A stretch of 63,901 nt of DNA, the filler included, from Octopus bimaculoides (lineage: Eukaryota): the NCBI RefSeq assembly GCF_001194135.2. It is 6 parts of 5 records of this genome, joined end to end, with 100 filler letters (N's around TTAATTAATTAA, not from the genome) between each part and the next. Parts side by side here need not be neighbours in the genome. Positions count along the whole stretch, not along the records: positions 1 to 10,636 come from NC_068983.1; 5 more parts are not named here. One strand, 5' to 3'. The notes beneath the pieces are model-generated. The model worked only from the letters and a program-made list of their open reading frames with translations, did no database searches and had not been told where the DNA came from. Positions 1 to 10,636 of the stretch are shown here, one piece after another. The number at the start of each line of letters is the position of its first letter. Within the stretch, counting starts at the first letter, position 1. Made by a program: the position numbers and the translations under genes.

Positions 1-78
1 CTCCATTTATGTATAAGGTGTTTTGATTTGAGGGAGATTTGGCTGTCATTTCTAGCAGGTCGGGCGACCACTTAGAGG
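1..78 (+). repeat. Fragment of an interspersed repeat (gagggagatttggctgtcatttctagcagg motif)
   Basis: Related motifs recur at about 9405-9455 (+) and 8505-8530 (-) in this window. Confidence 0.4.
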
Positions 79-210
79 AGTAGTAAATGTGATGGCGACG
101 GTGAAGGTGGAGATAGTGAAGGGCATATGATGCCGTGAATATAGGAAGTGGAGGCGGCGGCGGTGTAAAGGAAGGAAAAATAACTCCAGATAAATATCCT
201 ACTTCGAGAA

Positions 211-324
211 ATAGAGAGAGGGAGAGAAAGAAGAGTGAGAGAGGGAGAGAGAGAGAGAGAGAGAGAGGGTGAGAGAGAGAGAGAGAGAGAGAGAGAAAGG
301 GTGAGAGAGAGCGAGAGAGAGAGA
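211..324. repeat. (GA)n microsatellite
   Basis: Direct reading. Confidence 0.95.
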
Positions 325-489
325 CTCCTTCCATAGGAGTGGAAATGAACCAAAACAAGTCCCCAAAATAGGAGACAAACTTCAAGAATTTACGAAGGGC
401 GGAAAATGAGAAAGGTAAAAATGGGTGCATAAATTATTAATTAATATTAGATAATTATTTTTATTCATTGTTTGTTGTGAAATGTCTAT

Positions 490-1010
490 AATGTATAATA
501 ATAATGGTATTATTATTATCATATTATTATTATTATTATTATTATTTTATTACAATTATTGTTATTTATTATTATTATTAAAGTAATCACCATTCAAAGA
601 TGTCATGTAGAACTGATGTCGCTAACATATAGATTTTACTTTTCAGGAAAACAAACACAACAACAAGAAAAAGACCAGCTGCAGGCAAGACAGGTTTCCA
701 AAATGTATTGCGGTCAGAGGGGGCTATTCCTGCTGCTGTTACTACTGCTGCTGCCACTACCTCTACACCACGACTACTACTACTACTATTGTTAGTAGTA
801 CTACAACCACTACCAGCAACACCGCCGCCGCCGCTGCTGCTGGTATTATCAGCCGTTTCTATTTTAAACTATACTACTACCGCTTATATTCCACTGCTGC
901 TAATATTTCTACTGCTGCTTTCTGCTGCTGTCTGTATTACTCTACTGCTGCTACTACTACTGATGTTCATATTTCTGCAACTTGCACCTACTTCTCGGAT
1001 TATTATTATT
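490..1010. repeat. (TAT)n tract followed by a degenerate (CTA/CTG)n trinucleotide tract
   Basis: Direct reading; it explains the poly-L/poly-Y/poly-T ORFs in the track. Confidence 0.9.
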
Positions 1011-1023
1011 AGTGCGACATAAT

Positions 1024-1205
1024 GAGGCAGCGAACTGGCTGAATCGTTAGCACGCCGGGCAAAATGCTGTTTTAGTGGCATTTCCTCCAATATTACGTTC
1101 CGAGTTCAGATTCCGCCGAGATCGACCTTTGCTTTTCATCTTTTCGGGTCGACCGTTGCCTTTCATCTTCTCGGGGTCAATAAAATAAATACTAGTTATT
1201 TTATG
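1024..1205 (+). mobile_element. tRNA-derived SINE, family A, copy 1 (3' truncated)
   Basis: A-box-like TGGCTGAATCGTTAG, B-box-like GAGTTCAGATTCC, and central gtcgacc-ttgcctttcatc-ttcggggtc block shared with other copies in the window. Confidence 0.8.
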
Positions 1206-1256
1206 TTGGCAGATAAAAGAAATTAGTTTCATTCGTTATTATTTAATGGTTTCCTA

Positions 1257-1455
1257 TAAAGCAGCGAGCCAGCAGAATCGTTGGCATGCCGGACAAGATG
1301 CTTAGCGACATTTCATCTGTCCTTACGTTCTGAGTTTTAATTCCGCCGAGTTTGATTTTACCTTTTATCCTTTCGAAGTCGATAGAATAAATACCAGTTG
1401 AGTACTGGGGTCGATGTCATTTAGGCATTGTGTCTTTAGTAGAAAGGATTATTTT
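1257..1455 (+). mobile_element. SINE family A, copy 2
   Basis: Aligns by eye with 1024-1205 and 1467-1735. Confidence 0.8.
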
Positions 1456-1466
1456 ATGGTTTTCTT

Positions 1467-1735
1467 ATAAGGCAGCGTGCTGACAGAATCGTTAGCACGC
1501 CGTGCAAAATACTTGTCGGCATTTGGCTCGTCTTTACGTTCTGAGTTTTAATCTCACCGAGATCGACTTTGCTTTTCATCTTTTTGAGGTTGATGAAATA
1601 AGTACCAGTTGAGCACTGGGGTCGATGTAATTAATTATCCCCCTTCCTCCAAAATTGAACTCTGGGGGTCGATGTAATCGATTTATCCCCTCCCCGAAAT
1701 TCCTGGCCTTGTGCTAAAATTTGAAACCAATATTC
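1467..1735 (+). mobile_element. SINE family A, copy 3 (near full length, internal duplication of about 45 bp)
   Basis: Same head and body; ctggggtcgatgtaat...cccct block occurs twice (about 1617 and 1664). Confidence 0.85.
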
Positions 1736-1744
1736 TGCTGTTGT

Positions 1745-2015
1745 GTTTTATTCAATAAATAAATAAATGTTTCCTTCTCGAGCCATGCCAGGCTCATAAG
1801 GGCTGGTTTCCCGGTTTCAGTGGCGTATATATTCCCCATTTGGACGGAACGCTGACCCGTCGCAGGATTACTCATTTTGCCAGCTGAATGGACTGGAGCA
1901 ACGTGAAATGGAGTGTTTTGCTCAAGAACACAACGCATCGTTTAGTCGAGGAATCGAAACCACAATCTTACGATCATGAGTCCAACACCCTAACCACTAA
2001 ACCACGCGCCTCCAC
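1745..2015 (-). mobile_element. tRNA-derived SINE, family C
   Basis: Reverse strand shows A box TGGTTTAGTGG, B box GGTTTCGATTC, then tgtgttcttgagcaaaacac (CORE-like); other copies at 8190-8322 and 31859-31940. Confidence 0.8.
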
Positions 2016-2117
2016 CTTTAATTCAAGAGCGGCGGATTATATGAAACGTTAGATCTTCGGGTAAAAGATATCTTGATGTATTTGTTCCAGTTCTTCACAG
2101 TTTAAGTGCAAATGGCA

Positions 2118-2245
2118 TCGAGATCAGCGCTGCCTTTCATCCTTTTACAGGTCGATAAAACCAACAGTCAAAACCTGGCTTTGGTGTAATCGACTAACCC
2201 CCGCCCCCCATAATTACTTGCCTTGGGTCTATATCTGAAACTATT
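2118..2245 (+). mobile_element. SINE family A, 3' fragment
   Basis: gcctttcatcc...ggtcgataaa...taatcgactaacccc matches the family A body. Confidence 0.6.
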
Positions 2246-2394
2246 TTATTGCCTTTTTTTTAGGGGCTGGGGATTGGATGAAGATTTCAAAGAAACATAC
2301 GTTCCATCTCTATATGATGTGAGATCAACTTTGCTTTTCATCGTTTGGGGTCTCGCCATGAAAGTTATTTAATCCTTATCAGATATCTTTTATC

Positions 2395-2665
2395 TTAAAC
2401 TTGTTTCAGACTTTTGTGGCCATACCGAGGCATCGCCGTGAAGAATTTTAGTCGAATGAATCGATCCCAGTACATATTATTTATTTATTTAATATTTTCT
2501 TGTAAAGCCTGGTACTTCGTCTATCGGTGTCTTTTACCGAACTGCTACGTTTCGTGGACGTAAACATACCAACACCGATTGTCAAGCGGTTGTAGGGAAC
2601 AAACGCAGATACGAAGACCCACCATCACCGCTTATATATACGTATGCACACACACACACACACAT
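2395..2665 (-). mobile_element. SINE family B, 3' half
   Basis: Reverse complement of the 4550-4742 type sequence (ttgacaa..ggtgt..tttacgtcc..gttcgg..accgatagacgaagtacc). Confidence 0.75.
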
Positions 2666-2827
2666 ATATACACACATAATAAACATGTTTATATATTCCG
2701 AGTGTTCCAAACGTATCCTAAAGCAATCCTTCTTGTCCTTTCTACACCCAGATGATTTTCCGTACAAGGCATTTAAAAAGCAAAATTATATGTTTATATA
2801 TGTTTTATAATTTTTAATTTGTTCGCG

Positions 2828-3187
2828 AAATGAAACAATTGTAGGTGAATATCGTAAGGAATTACTAAATCAATTTGTATCTATTAGATCTCTCAGTTTT
2901 CTAACTCGATAATATATANNNNNNNNNNNNNNNNNNNNNNNNNNNNNNNNNNNNNNNNNNNNNNNNNNNNNNNNNNNNNNNNNNNNNNNNNNNNNNNNNN
3001 NNNNNNNNNNNNNNNNNNNNNNNNNNNNNNNNNNNNNNNNNNNNNNNNNNNNNNNNNNNNNNNNNNNATATATATATATATATATATATATACATTTATA
3101 TATTATCGAGTTAGAAAACTGAGAGATCTAATGGATACAAATTGATTTATTAATTCCTTACGATATTCACCTACAATTGTTTCATTT
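2828..3187. mobile_element. Palindromic MITE-like element: about 90-bp inverted arms around a (TA)n tract and gap
   Basis: 2828-2918 is the reverse complement of about 3098-3187 with 2 mismatches seen. Confidence 0.75.
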
Positions 3188-3629
3188 ATATATATAGCAA
3201 GATATATGTTAGAGGTTATGCAGCCATCTAAGGGATAGATGTACTCATAGGCACTCCTGGTGTATTACCTCACTATGTATAGTCCTAGCTATAAGGTATA
3301 TGGTTGTAGGTAATTTAAAGGTAAAACCGTAGTTTAATATATATAGAAAATAAAAGAAATAGAGCAATAATTAAAAATGATAAGTGGATCATTGGCGTTA
3401 AAAAGTCATTATTTATTTGTAGTTCGGAATCATTTACAGCTGTTTCTGTTTATCAAATCGGAGTAAATTTATATTTACCTCGTGACATTTAACCAACAAC
3501 TTCAGAATGATTTTAGAAAGATAAGAAAGCAATGAAAAAGAAAAAGGGGAAAGAGTTCGTTAAGTCTTTAGGCTTACATTTTAGTGACTTGTTGGGTCCC
3601 ACGTGTTTGTAGTTTCCTTAATTAGATGC

Positions 3630-3722
3630 ATGGGGTAAGATCTGTATAAGATTTTATCAAGTAGCCAGCGTGCAAAACCAATTGAGGAAAAAATTAATAC
3701 AAAGTATATAATTTTTTTCGTG
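3630..3722 (+). repeat. Partial arm of the 4069-4368 palindromic element
   Basis: taagattttatcaagtagccagcgtgcaaaaccaa matches the arm sequence at about 4149-4185 and the reverse complement at about 4255-4290. Confidence 0.7.
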
Positions 3723-4068
3723 TATATATAAAATACATTACTATATCAAGGGTTATTAGTATAAGTAAAGCCACACGCTTTAAGGGGACTTCAGAGTCAA
3801 ACTGCTTCAATAAATAGCCACAGGCACCGAATTCGAGGGCATGAATATAAGAGAAATTCCTTTAAAAAAGGTTTAGTCGTATATCAGTAATGATTTCATG
3901 GTCAGCATGTATAATATGCTCTCCATTTATCTCAGTACGAACATAACCAGGAAATATAATTGTGAACATCTATACATACCATGCGAGCAACAACGCATCC
4001 AGCAGAGCGTATACAAATGTTCACAATTATATATCCATGAAAGAGGCTTCTCTTGTTTATCTCGCTCG

Positions 4069-4368
4069 CATGTGTATAATCGAAATAATTTAGCACTGAA
4101 TTTATTCCGGTTTAATTCTTAAATAAAAATATAAGGATAAAATCTACATAAGATTTTATCAAGGAGTCAGTTTGCGAAACCAATTAACGAAGAAATAATA
4201 ATGTACTTTATATATAAAGAAAACATTATATACTTTGTATAAAATTTTGCTTCGTTGGTTTTGCACGTTGGCTACTTGATAAAATCTTATATAGATTGTA
4301 TCCTTACATTTTATTTAAAGATTAAACCGGAATATATTCAGTGCTGAATTATTTCGATTATACACATG
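4069..4368. mobile_element. 300-bp hairpin MITE-like element with about 135-bp imperfect inverted arms
   Basis: Begins catgtgtataatcgaaataatt and ends aattatttcgattatacacatg; arms pair throughout around a short AT-rich loop. Confidence 0.8.
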
Positions 4369-4742
4369 GCTGTGTGGTAAGTAGTTTGCTTACCAACCAC
4401 ATGGTTCCGGGTTCAGTCCCACTGCGAGGCACCTTGGGCAAGTGTCCTCTACTATAGCCTCGGGCCGACCAAAGCATTGTGAGTGGATTTGGTAGACGGA
4501 AACTGAAAGAAGTCCGTCGTATATATATATATATATATACATATGTGTGTGTGTGTTTGTCCCCCCAACATCGCTTGACAACCAATGCTGGTGTGTTTAC
4601 GTCCCCGTAAACTAGCGGTTCGGCAAAAGCGACCGATAGAATAAGTACTAGGCTAACAAAGAATAAGTCCTGATGTCTATTTGTTTGACTAAAGGCGGTG
4701 CTCTAGCATGGCCGCAGTCAAATGACTGAAACAAGTAAAAGG
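4366..4742 (+). mobile_element. tRNA-derived SINE, family B, full length, with internal (TA)n(TG)n
   Basis: Head tggctgtgtggtaag..ggttcagtcccact, CORE-like ccttgggcaagtgtc, internal microsatellite, and tail gcatggccgcagtcaaatgactgaaacaagtaaaa. Resembles published octopus tRNA-derived SINEs (from memory). Confidence 0.85.
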
Positions 4743-4747
4743 ATGTA

Positions 4748-4957
4748 TATATATATGGGAGAATTTACGAAAAAAAGAAACAACAGACGAGGACAGGTGG
4801 TGTAAACAACAAAAGGATGTATTAGTTTAACGCTCGGGAATAGAGAAAGTCTTCAACGTTTCGAGTTACGCTCTTCAACAGAAAGAATACGGAGAAAACA
4901 AGGAGAAAAACACGGAGAAAAAAATTGAATGCTTTGGTCAGCGATCTATCATGGCGA

Positions 4958-4975
<18 letters not shown>
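4748..4975 (-). mobile_element. (TA)n-flanked Penelope-like terminal-repeat-type element
   Basis: Bounded by TA tracts and contains a hammerhead-like motif typical of PLE terminal repeats. Confidence 0.45.
4850..4886 (-). ncRNA. Minimal hammerhead-ribozyme-like motif with a variant core (CUGUUGA)
   Basis: Minus strand: UCUUU-CUGUUGA-A-GAG cguaa CUC-GAAA-CGU-U-GAAGA; stems I and II pair; stem III is the palindrome ACGU. Confidence 0.45.
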
Positions 4976-4990
<15 letters not shown>

Positions 4991-5318
4991 CAATAAGAAA
5001 ATGGTGGGGAATATGTGGTACTCATCAACATGCAGACATTGTATTATGTCAATTTGCCTGTTTATTTTTCAACTAAGAGGACAGGACAATAAAAACAATT
5101 CACAACCCCTAACTTTCTTGGATTATATATATACATACATACATACACACTTTAAAGATTAATACAGAAAACAGAGTGTAACAAAAAGTATTTATTAGAA
5201 CAACAATTGCTTCGGCTTCATGTTGCATTGCTCCCTAGTAGGCGTGGTACGATACACTAACACCAGATGCAACGCACAATGCAAAAGACCCTCTTCATGT
5301 GACCCTATGAACTTTATT

Positions 5319-5597
5319 TACATTATTTACATTTGACGAATATTTGTCCTCATCTTGTTTGTTGTTAACACAACGTTTCGGCTGATATACCATCCAGCCT
5401 TCATCAGGTGTCTTGAGGAAATTTTGAACCTGGGTTCTCATTCATAAGGTATTTTTCGATGGTATTGTCATTATTATTATTATTATTATTATTATAATTC
5501 AGGTCACTGCCTAGAATCGAACTCGGAATTTTGGGGTTAGTAACCTGCGCTCCTAACCACTACGCCATATTCCCGTAAATGTAAATAATGTACATAA
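5319..5597 (-). mobile_element. Composite element: tRNA-like head, (AAT)n, hammerhead-bearing tail, terminal inverted repeats
   Basis: A box TGGCGTAGTGG (5557-5567), B box GAGTTCGATTC (5514-5524), (ATT)n 5470-5496, hammerhead motif 5367-5412, 16-bp perfect IR at 5319-5334 and 5577-5592. Confidence 0.7.
5367..5412 (-). ncRNA. Minimal type I hammerhead ribozyme motif (PLE type)
   Basis: Minus strand: GACAC-CUGAUGA-A-GGCUG(gaugguauau)CAGCC-GAAA-CGU-U-GUGUU; stem I GACAC/GUGUU, stem II 5 bp, palindromic stem III ACGU, GUU cleavage triplet. Confidence 0.6.
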
Positions 5598-6294
5598 CTC
5601 CTCATCTCTTAAATGTAGAACTGAATAACCTTATGAGTTCACAGAATTACATTTCGATTTCGCTTCAGTTGGTGGTATTGAGAGATTCCAGAAGTTCGGA
5701 TGCATGCATTATAGTGAGAAACATTCTTTCCATCTCCGTCTTTGGGTGGGACCGAATCTGGAACCATACGTTCGGGAAGAATTGTAGATGTTTTCTCTGA
5801 TTCATTTAAAAGCAAACTTTTTAAGCGATTTTTTAAAATATGTATTGGACACTAATTAACAGGATTATTTTAATTACAGTTAATGGTAAACACATCACGT
5901 AAAACTGAGAAATATGTCAACTCTCAATGATTTATTCTTCTGAATAGAATAACGTGACGAGCATATGGATTGATGAAAGTATAAAAACCTGTAAAGATCT
6001 GTGTGAGAGCGTATGAGGGAAAAGACGCAGTGGTTAAAAGTGGTTAAAAGGTCGGTTACGAATCATGGGGTCCCCGGTTCGATCACATTGTACAGCAAAT
6101 TAAATGTCTTCTCGTATAACATCGGGTCAACACAAGCCTGCTGACCAAAATTAAGTAGATTTTTTTGCTTGAGGATTACATTAATTGTACTAGAGTTGAC
6201 AGACTACTTATTCTGTATAATTTGGGTGCAGTTCCGTTGATTGGATCAAACAAATGGAAAATACATCTTGACAGCCATTGAAGAACAAACAAAC

Positions 6295-6545
6295 TGTTGT
6301 GATGAGAGTTACGACGCCCCCTTGAGAGATGGACTGGTCTGAGTAAAGTATAGTTAGTAACGATCTCAGTGAGTTCAAAGTTCAGAGCTCGGAGTCTAGA
6401 GAAGTTCGTGTTAGTTCGCAGTGAAGTCGAAAGGTGTAGGTTGGTTAGTTCACAAAGAATATTGATTGTTGGTTCGTAAAGTGATTTGATAGTTCGTTAC
6501 TTTGTTGTTACTGTTGTCTGGTTATCTTATTTATTGTATGTAACA
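6295..6545. mobile_element. Possible solo LTR
   Basis: Starts TGTTGTG and ends GTAACA, with LTR-like gtt-rich composition; no target-site duplication found. Confidence 0.2.
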
Positions 6546-6665
6546 AATTACGTACAAACACAAACGAACAAACAAACATACATGCATGCACACACACACA
6601 TACATATACACAAACATACATACATACATACATACATACATACATACATACATACATACATACAT

Positions 6666-7135
6666 TAGCATAAAGCTGAAGATTAGTGAAAAAGAGAACA
6701 TCTATGCTGAACTATTGAGAAATCTGCAGTTACTCTATTCTGATTACAAATTCGGGTTTATACCTGTAATTATTGGAGCCCGGGGATATGTAACACACTG
6801 CCAAAATACCAATCTTGAGAAATTAGGCTTCTCAAAACCAGAAAGGAGAAAGCTGATTCGAAGACTACAGATCTAATCCATCACTGGAACTGTAAAACTT
6901 TCCAGAAGTTTATCATTTAAATATATATGAGCATGTCTAGATATGCAACTATATGCATGAGAATGCATATATACATACAAATCTGCACATACATACATAA
7001 ATACACATACATACATACATACATACAGACAGACAGACAGACAAAGAAGGAACTTTGGATCTAGGTTAGAAACCAATGCTTTCTCTATTGGCAAGAAATC
7101 TTGAAATAAACTGAATAATGACATACATATGAAAC
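6666..7135 (+). mobile_element. 3' end of a restriction-like-endonuclease (R4/Dong-like) LINE with (TACA)n-containing 3' UTR
   Basis: Peptide ISEKENIYAELLRNLQLLYSDYKFGFIPVIIGARGYV..LEKLGFS..LIRRLQI matches RLE C-termini; inverted second copy at 9640-10310. Confidence 0.7.
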
Positions 7136-7169
7136 AGGATAACAAAAAGAAAACAGAGACGAATTCGAG

Positions 7170-7545
7170 ACCGATAGATCAAAAGAATATTGATAGAACT
7201 TAAAATAGCCACCAAGTTAAAACACAACCGGCTGGATATTGTTGTGTGAGATCACAAGGTAAAGGTATGTTCTGTTATAGAAATCAGCTGCTCTCTCAAC
7301 ACAAATGTAGCTAGGAAAATTCAAAGGATTTAGAACATTGATAAGGAGTTTGCAAACCCAGTACCTACGATACACTTTCACCTTCGTACCGATAGTTACT
7401 GGAACAATATGATACGTGCCAATCCGTCTGGAACAATGTATCACTGAACTTGGTTCTTGGGGAGGAAACACAGAACCTTAATTCATACACTACAAATGAT
7501 CACAACATCTGAGACTATAAACATCTGCATGAACTACTGAGGCTA
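7170..7545 (+). mobile_element. Decayed RLE-type LINE endonuclease fragment
   Basis: Reads KLKHNRLDIVV*DHKVKVCSVIEISCSLNTNV, resembling the HNRPDIVV..IE(V)SCP (PD..D/E..K) motif. Confidence 0.6.
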
Positions 7546-7782
7546 TAAAGGATGAATAAAACAAGATGCTTTCCTTCACAAGCGTCACTCTCGCAGTTTG
7601 TCTCTCTCTTCCCCTCTCTCTTTATTTTCCTTGAAGGAAGGCACGCTTGATGCATGCCATATGATGAATGGTACTTTACTATTGCATTTCATGATCATGC
7701 ATCGATTTATTGCTTAATACTATTACGTAGGTTACTCTGAAAGAGTTGTAGGTGAGGTGGGCGACCCACTTGAGTAAATCTG

Positions 7783-7855
<73 letters not shown>

Positions 7856-8189
7856 CTGCGCGAAATATATGAATTAGTGTGTACTTACTTAAGGCAAATA
7901 TATACACACGTGCGCATGTGCACACGTTCACAAGCATAAACGTGCAGAAAGCACATATACATACGTATACACATATATACATGCATATACATATGTGTGT
8001 GTGTATGTTTGTACACTCACACACATATTTATATATGTATACCATGTGATGACGTGACCGACCAGACTGTCGGATTTTGTTAAATATATCGCTGGTCACA
8101 ATACGCTTTGTTTTAGTTTTAGAATGATGCCACCCCACTGATGAGGCGAGCAGGCCAACATTCCCCCTGGCTAGTATGCTAGTCCGTGT

Positions 8190-8322
8190 CAGAACAGCCC
8201 ATTTACAGCTGAATAAAGTGGAGCATCGTGAAATGAAGTGCTTTGCTTAAGAACACAACGCGCAGCTTGTTTGGGAATCGAAACCGCAATCTCTAGATCG
8301 TGAGTTCAATATGTCTAACCAT
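8190..8322 (-). mobile_element. SINE family C, 5' part
   Basis: Matches 1880-2000 (gagcatcgtgaaatgaagtg..aagaacacaacgc..ggaatcgaaacc). Confidence 0.7.
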
Positions 8323-8957
8323 ATATAAATGAAACATTCAATCACTGAGATTTGAAGTTAGATGTCACTACTGTTCATATCATCGGTGGATAAATTCAAA
8401 ATTTGATGATATCACCAGTAGTGGCATGGGTGGAACGCAGTTATAATAGCTTTAAACAGCTATGAATTATAAATTTGCACGAAGCGTAATGATGCTTAAT
8501 AAGCATCTGCCTGCTAGAAATAAGAGCTAAGTCTTAAATTAATCCACTGTAGCGCACCAATATAACAGAGAAAAACAGTATGCGAGGAAAACAGAAAAAA
8601 TTAAAACATTTAACAGCACAAATAAAAATATTATGCAATTAGGGATATCTACAAACCAGGTTTCGGCTTTTGGNNNNNNNNNNNNNNNNNNNNNNNNNNN
8701 NNNNNNNNNNNNNNNNNNNNNNNNNNNNNNNNNNNNNNNNNNNNNNNNNNNNNNNNNNNNNNNNNNNNNNNNNNNNNNNNNNNNNNNNNNNNNNNNNNNN
8801 NNNNNNNNNNNNNNNNNNNNNNNNNNNNNNNNNNNNNNNNNNNNNNNNNNNNNNNNNNNNNNNNNNNNNNNNNNNNNNNNNNNNNNNNNNNNNNNNNNNN
8901 NNNNNNNNNNNNNNNNNNNNNNNNNNNNNNNNNNNNNNNNNNNNNNNNNNNNNNNNN

Positions 8958-9008
<51 letters not shown>

Positions 9009-9009
9009 G

Positions 9010-9191
9010 TTTGTGTATCTGCTTGACAACCGATGTTGGTGTGTTTACATCACCGTAACTTAGTAGTTTGGCGAAGAGACCGATAGAATAAGTACTAGTC
9101 TTACAAAGAATAAGTCCTGGGGTCGATACGCTCGACTAAAGGCGGTGCTCCGGCATGGCCGCAATCACATGACTGAAACAAGTAAAAGAAT
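9010..9191 (+). mobile_element. SINE family B, 3' half (5' half probably in the gap)
   Basis: Close match to 4570-4742. Confidence 0.8.
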
Positions 9192-9639
9192 ATAGCCGGC
9201 ACGTAATTACAACAGTTAATTCAAAGAGACACATGATGTAAGCAGCGATAAATATGAATACATTTTTAGCACAGTGTCAGTCCCGATCGAATACATTTAT
9301 AAGCGAAAGCCTTTCATCTCTAAGCAAAAAGAATTTTAACCTAGATTTGCTGTATTCAGGAGCCAATTGGTTCAAAGTGTAATTTTCTAGGACAGTGTGT
9401 GGCGATTTAGGGGGATATGTAGCTGCCATTTCCAGCAAGCCTAGCGACCGTGTAGGCATTTTCTTTAGATGATCATTTGGCTTTTATCCAAACCTATCTA
9501 AAGTACACAGACCGAAGACTAAATAAATAAAGGAAAATTAAACGTAACTCAATAAAACGAAATACCAACAGTGTGACAAATGAATTATTTACTAGTAGTG
9601 GCGAGATTAAGATTATGTGTGTGTGTGTGTATGTATGCG

Positions 9640-10310
9640 AATGTGTGTGTGTTATTTAGTTTTATTTCTAGATTTCTTGCCAATAGAGAAAGAGCTAGTC
9701 TCTGACCGAGATCCAAAGCTCCCCCAAAGGAATTTCAACAACACCAAGAGGACAGCTGAGCGTGTATGCGTCTAAATATGTCCTTATTTGACGTCAGTAC
9801 GGATCAGCATGTTTAATATGCGTACTCATGCATAAAGTAGCATGTTTAGATACGTATGTATGTACTTCTTTGCTAAACTTTTGGAAAGTTTTATACATTT
9901 TGATTGTTATACTTGATTTTGCAGTCTTCTGAAAAAGAATACTTTTTGTTTTTAAAAACCTTGATCATTCATGTTTAGCGCGCCCAAGTGTTTGTGTACG
10001 TCTGCGGACGTATGTAGATATGTGTGTATGTATGTATGTATGTATGTATGTATGTATGTATGTATGTATGTAGCTTTATGTATTCTCATGCATATAGTTG
10101 CATATCTAAACATGTATATTTAAATGATAAACTTCTGTAAAGTTTTACAGATTTTTACAGTTCCAGTGATGATTGGATCTGTAGTCTTCGAATTAGCTTT
10201 CTCCTTTTGAGAAGCCTAATTTCTCAAGATTGGTATTTAGGCAGTGTGTGTTACATGTCCCAGGGCCCTAATAATTACAGGTATAACTCTGAACTTGAAC
10301 TCTGGATATG
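9640..10310 (-). mobile_element. Second copy of the RLE LINE 3' end, inverted relative to 6666-7135
   Basis: 10100-10305 is the reverse complement of about 6745-6960; 9650-9725 is the reverse complement of about 7050-7125. Confidence 0.75.
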
Positions 10311-10485
10311 GATGCATGCATGCATGTATGTATACAAATACACAACTATGTTTATATATAGATATGCGCAAAAGTACGTGCTGAATGGAAGTCATTGCAA
10401 ATGTGGATGTTATTACATACTAAATTACTTGAATGGTTTACATACGCTAACAGTATCTTTACTGTTTGTCTGTCTGTCTTTCTGT

Positions 10486-10524
<39 letters not shown>

Positions 10525-10636
10525 CACACATACATACGCATATATATATACACAGCCAGATACCTCTCTCATTTATATGAATAACGTATGCATGTGTGTG
10601 TATGTATATATGTGTGTGCATATATATATATATATA

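Noticed and set aside
5500-5576. tRNA-like sequences here and at other SINE heads as tRNA genes
   Set aside because: A and B boxes are present, but there is no complete cloverleaf and they run on into repeat bodies.
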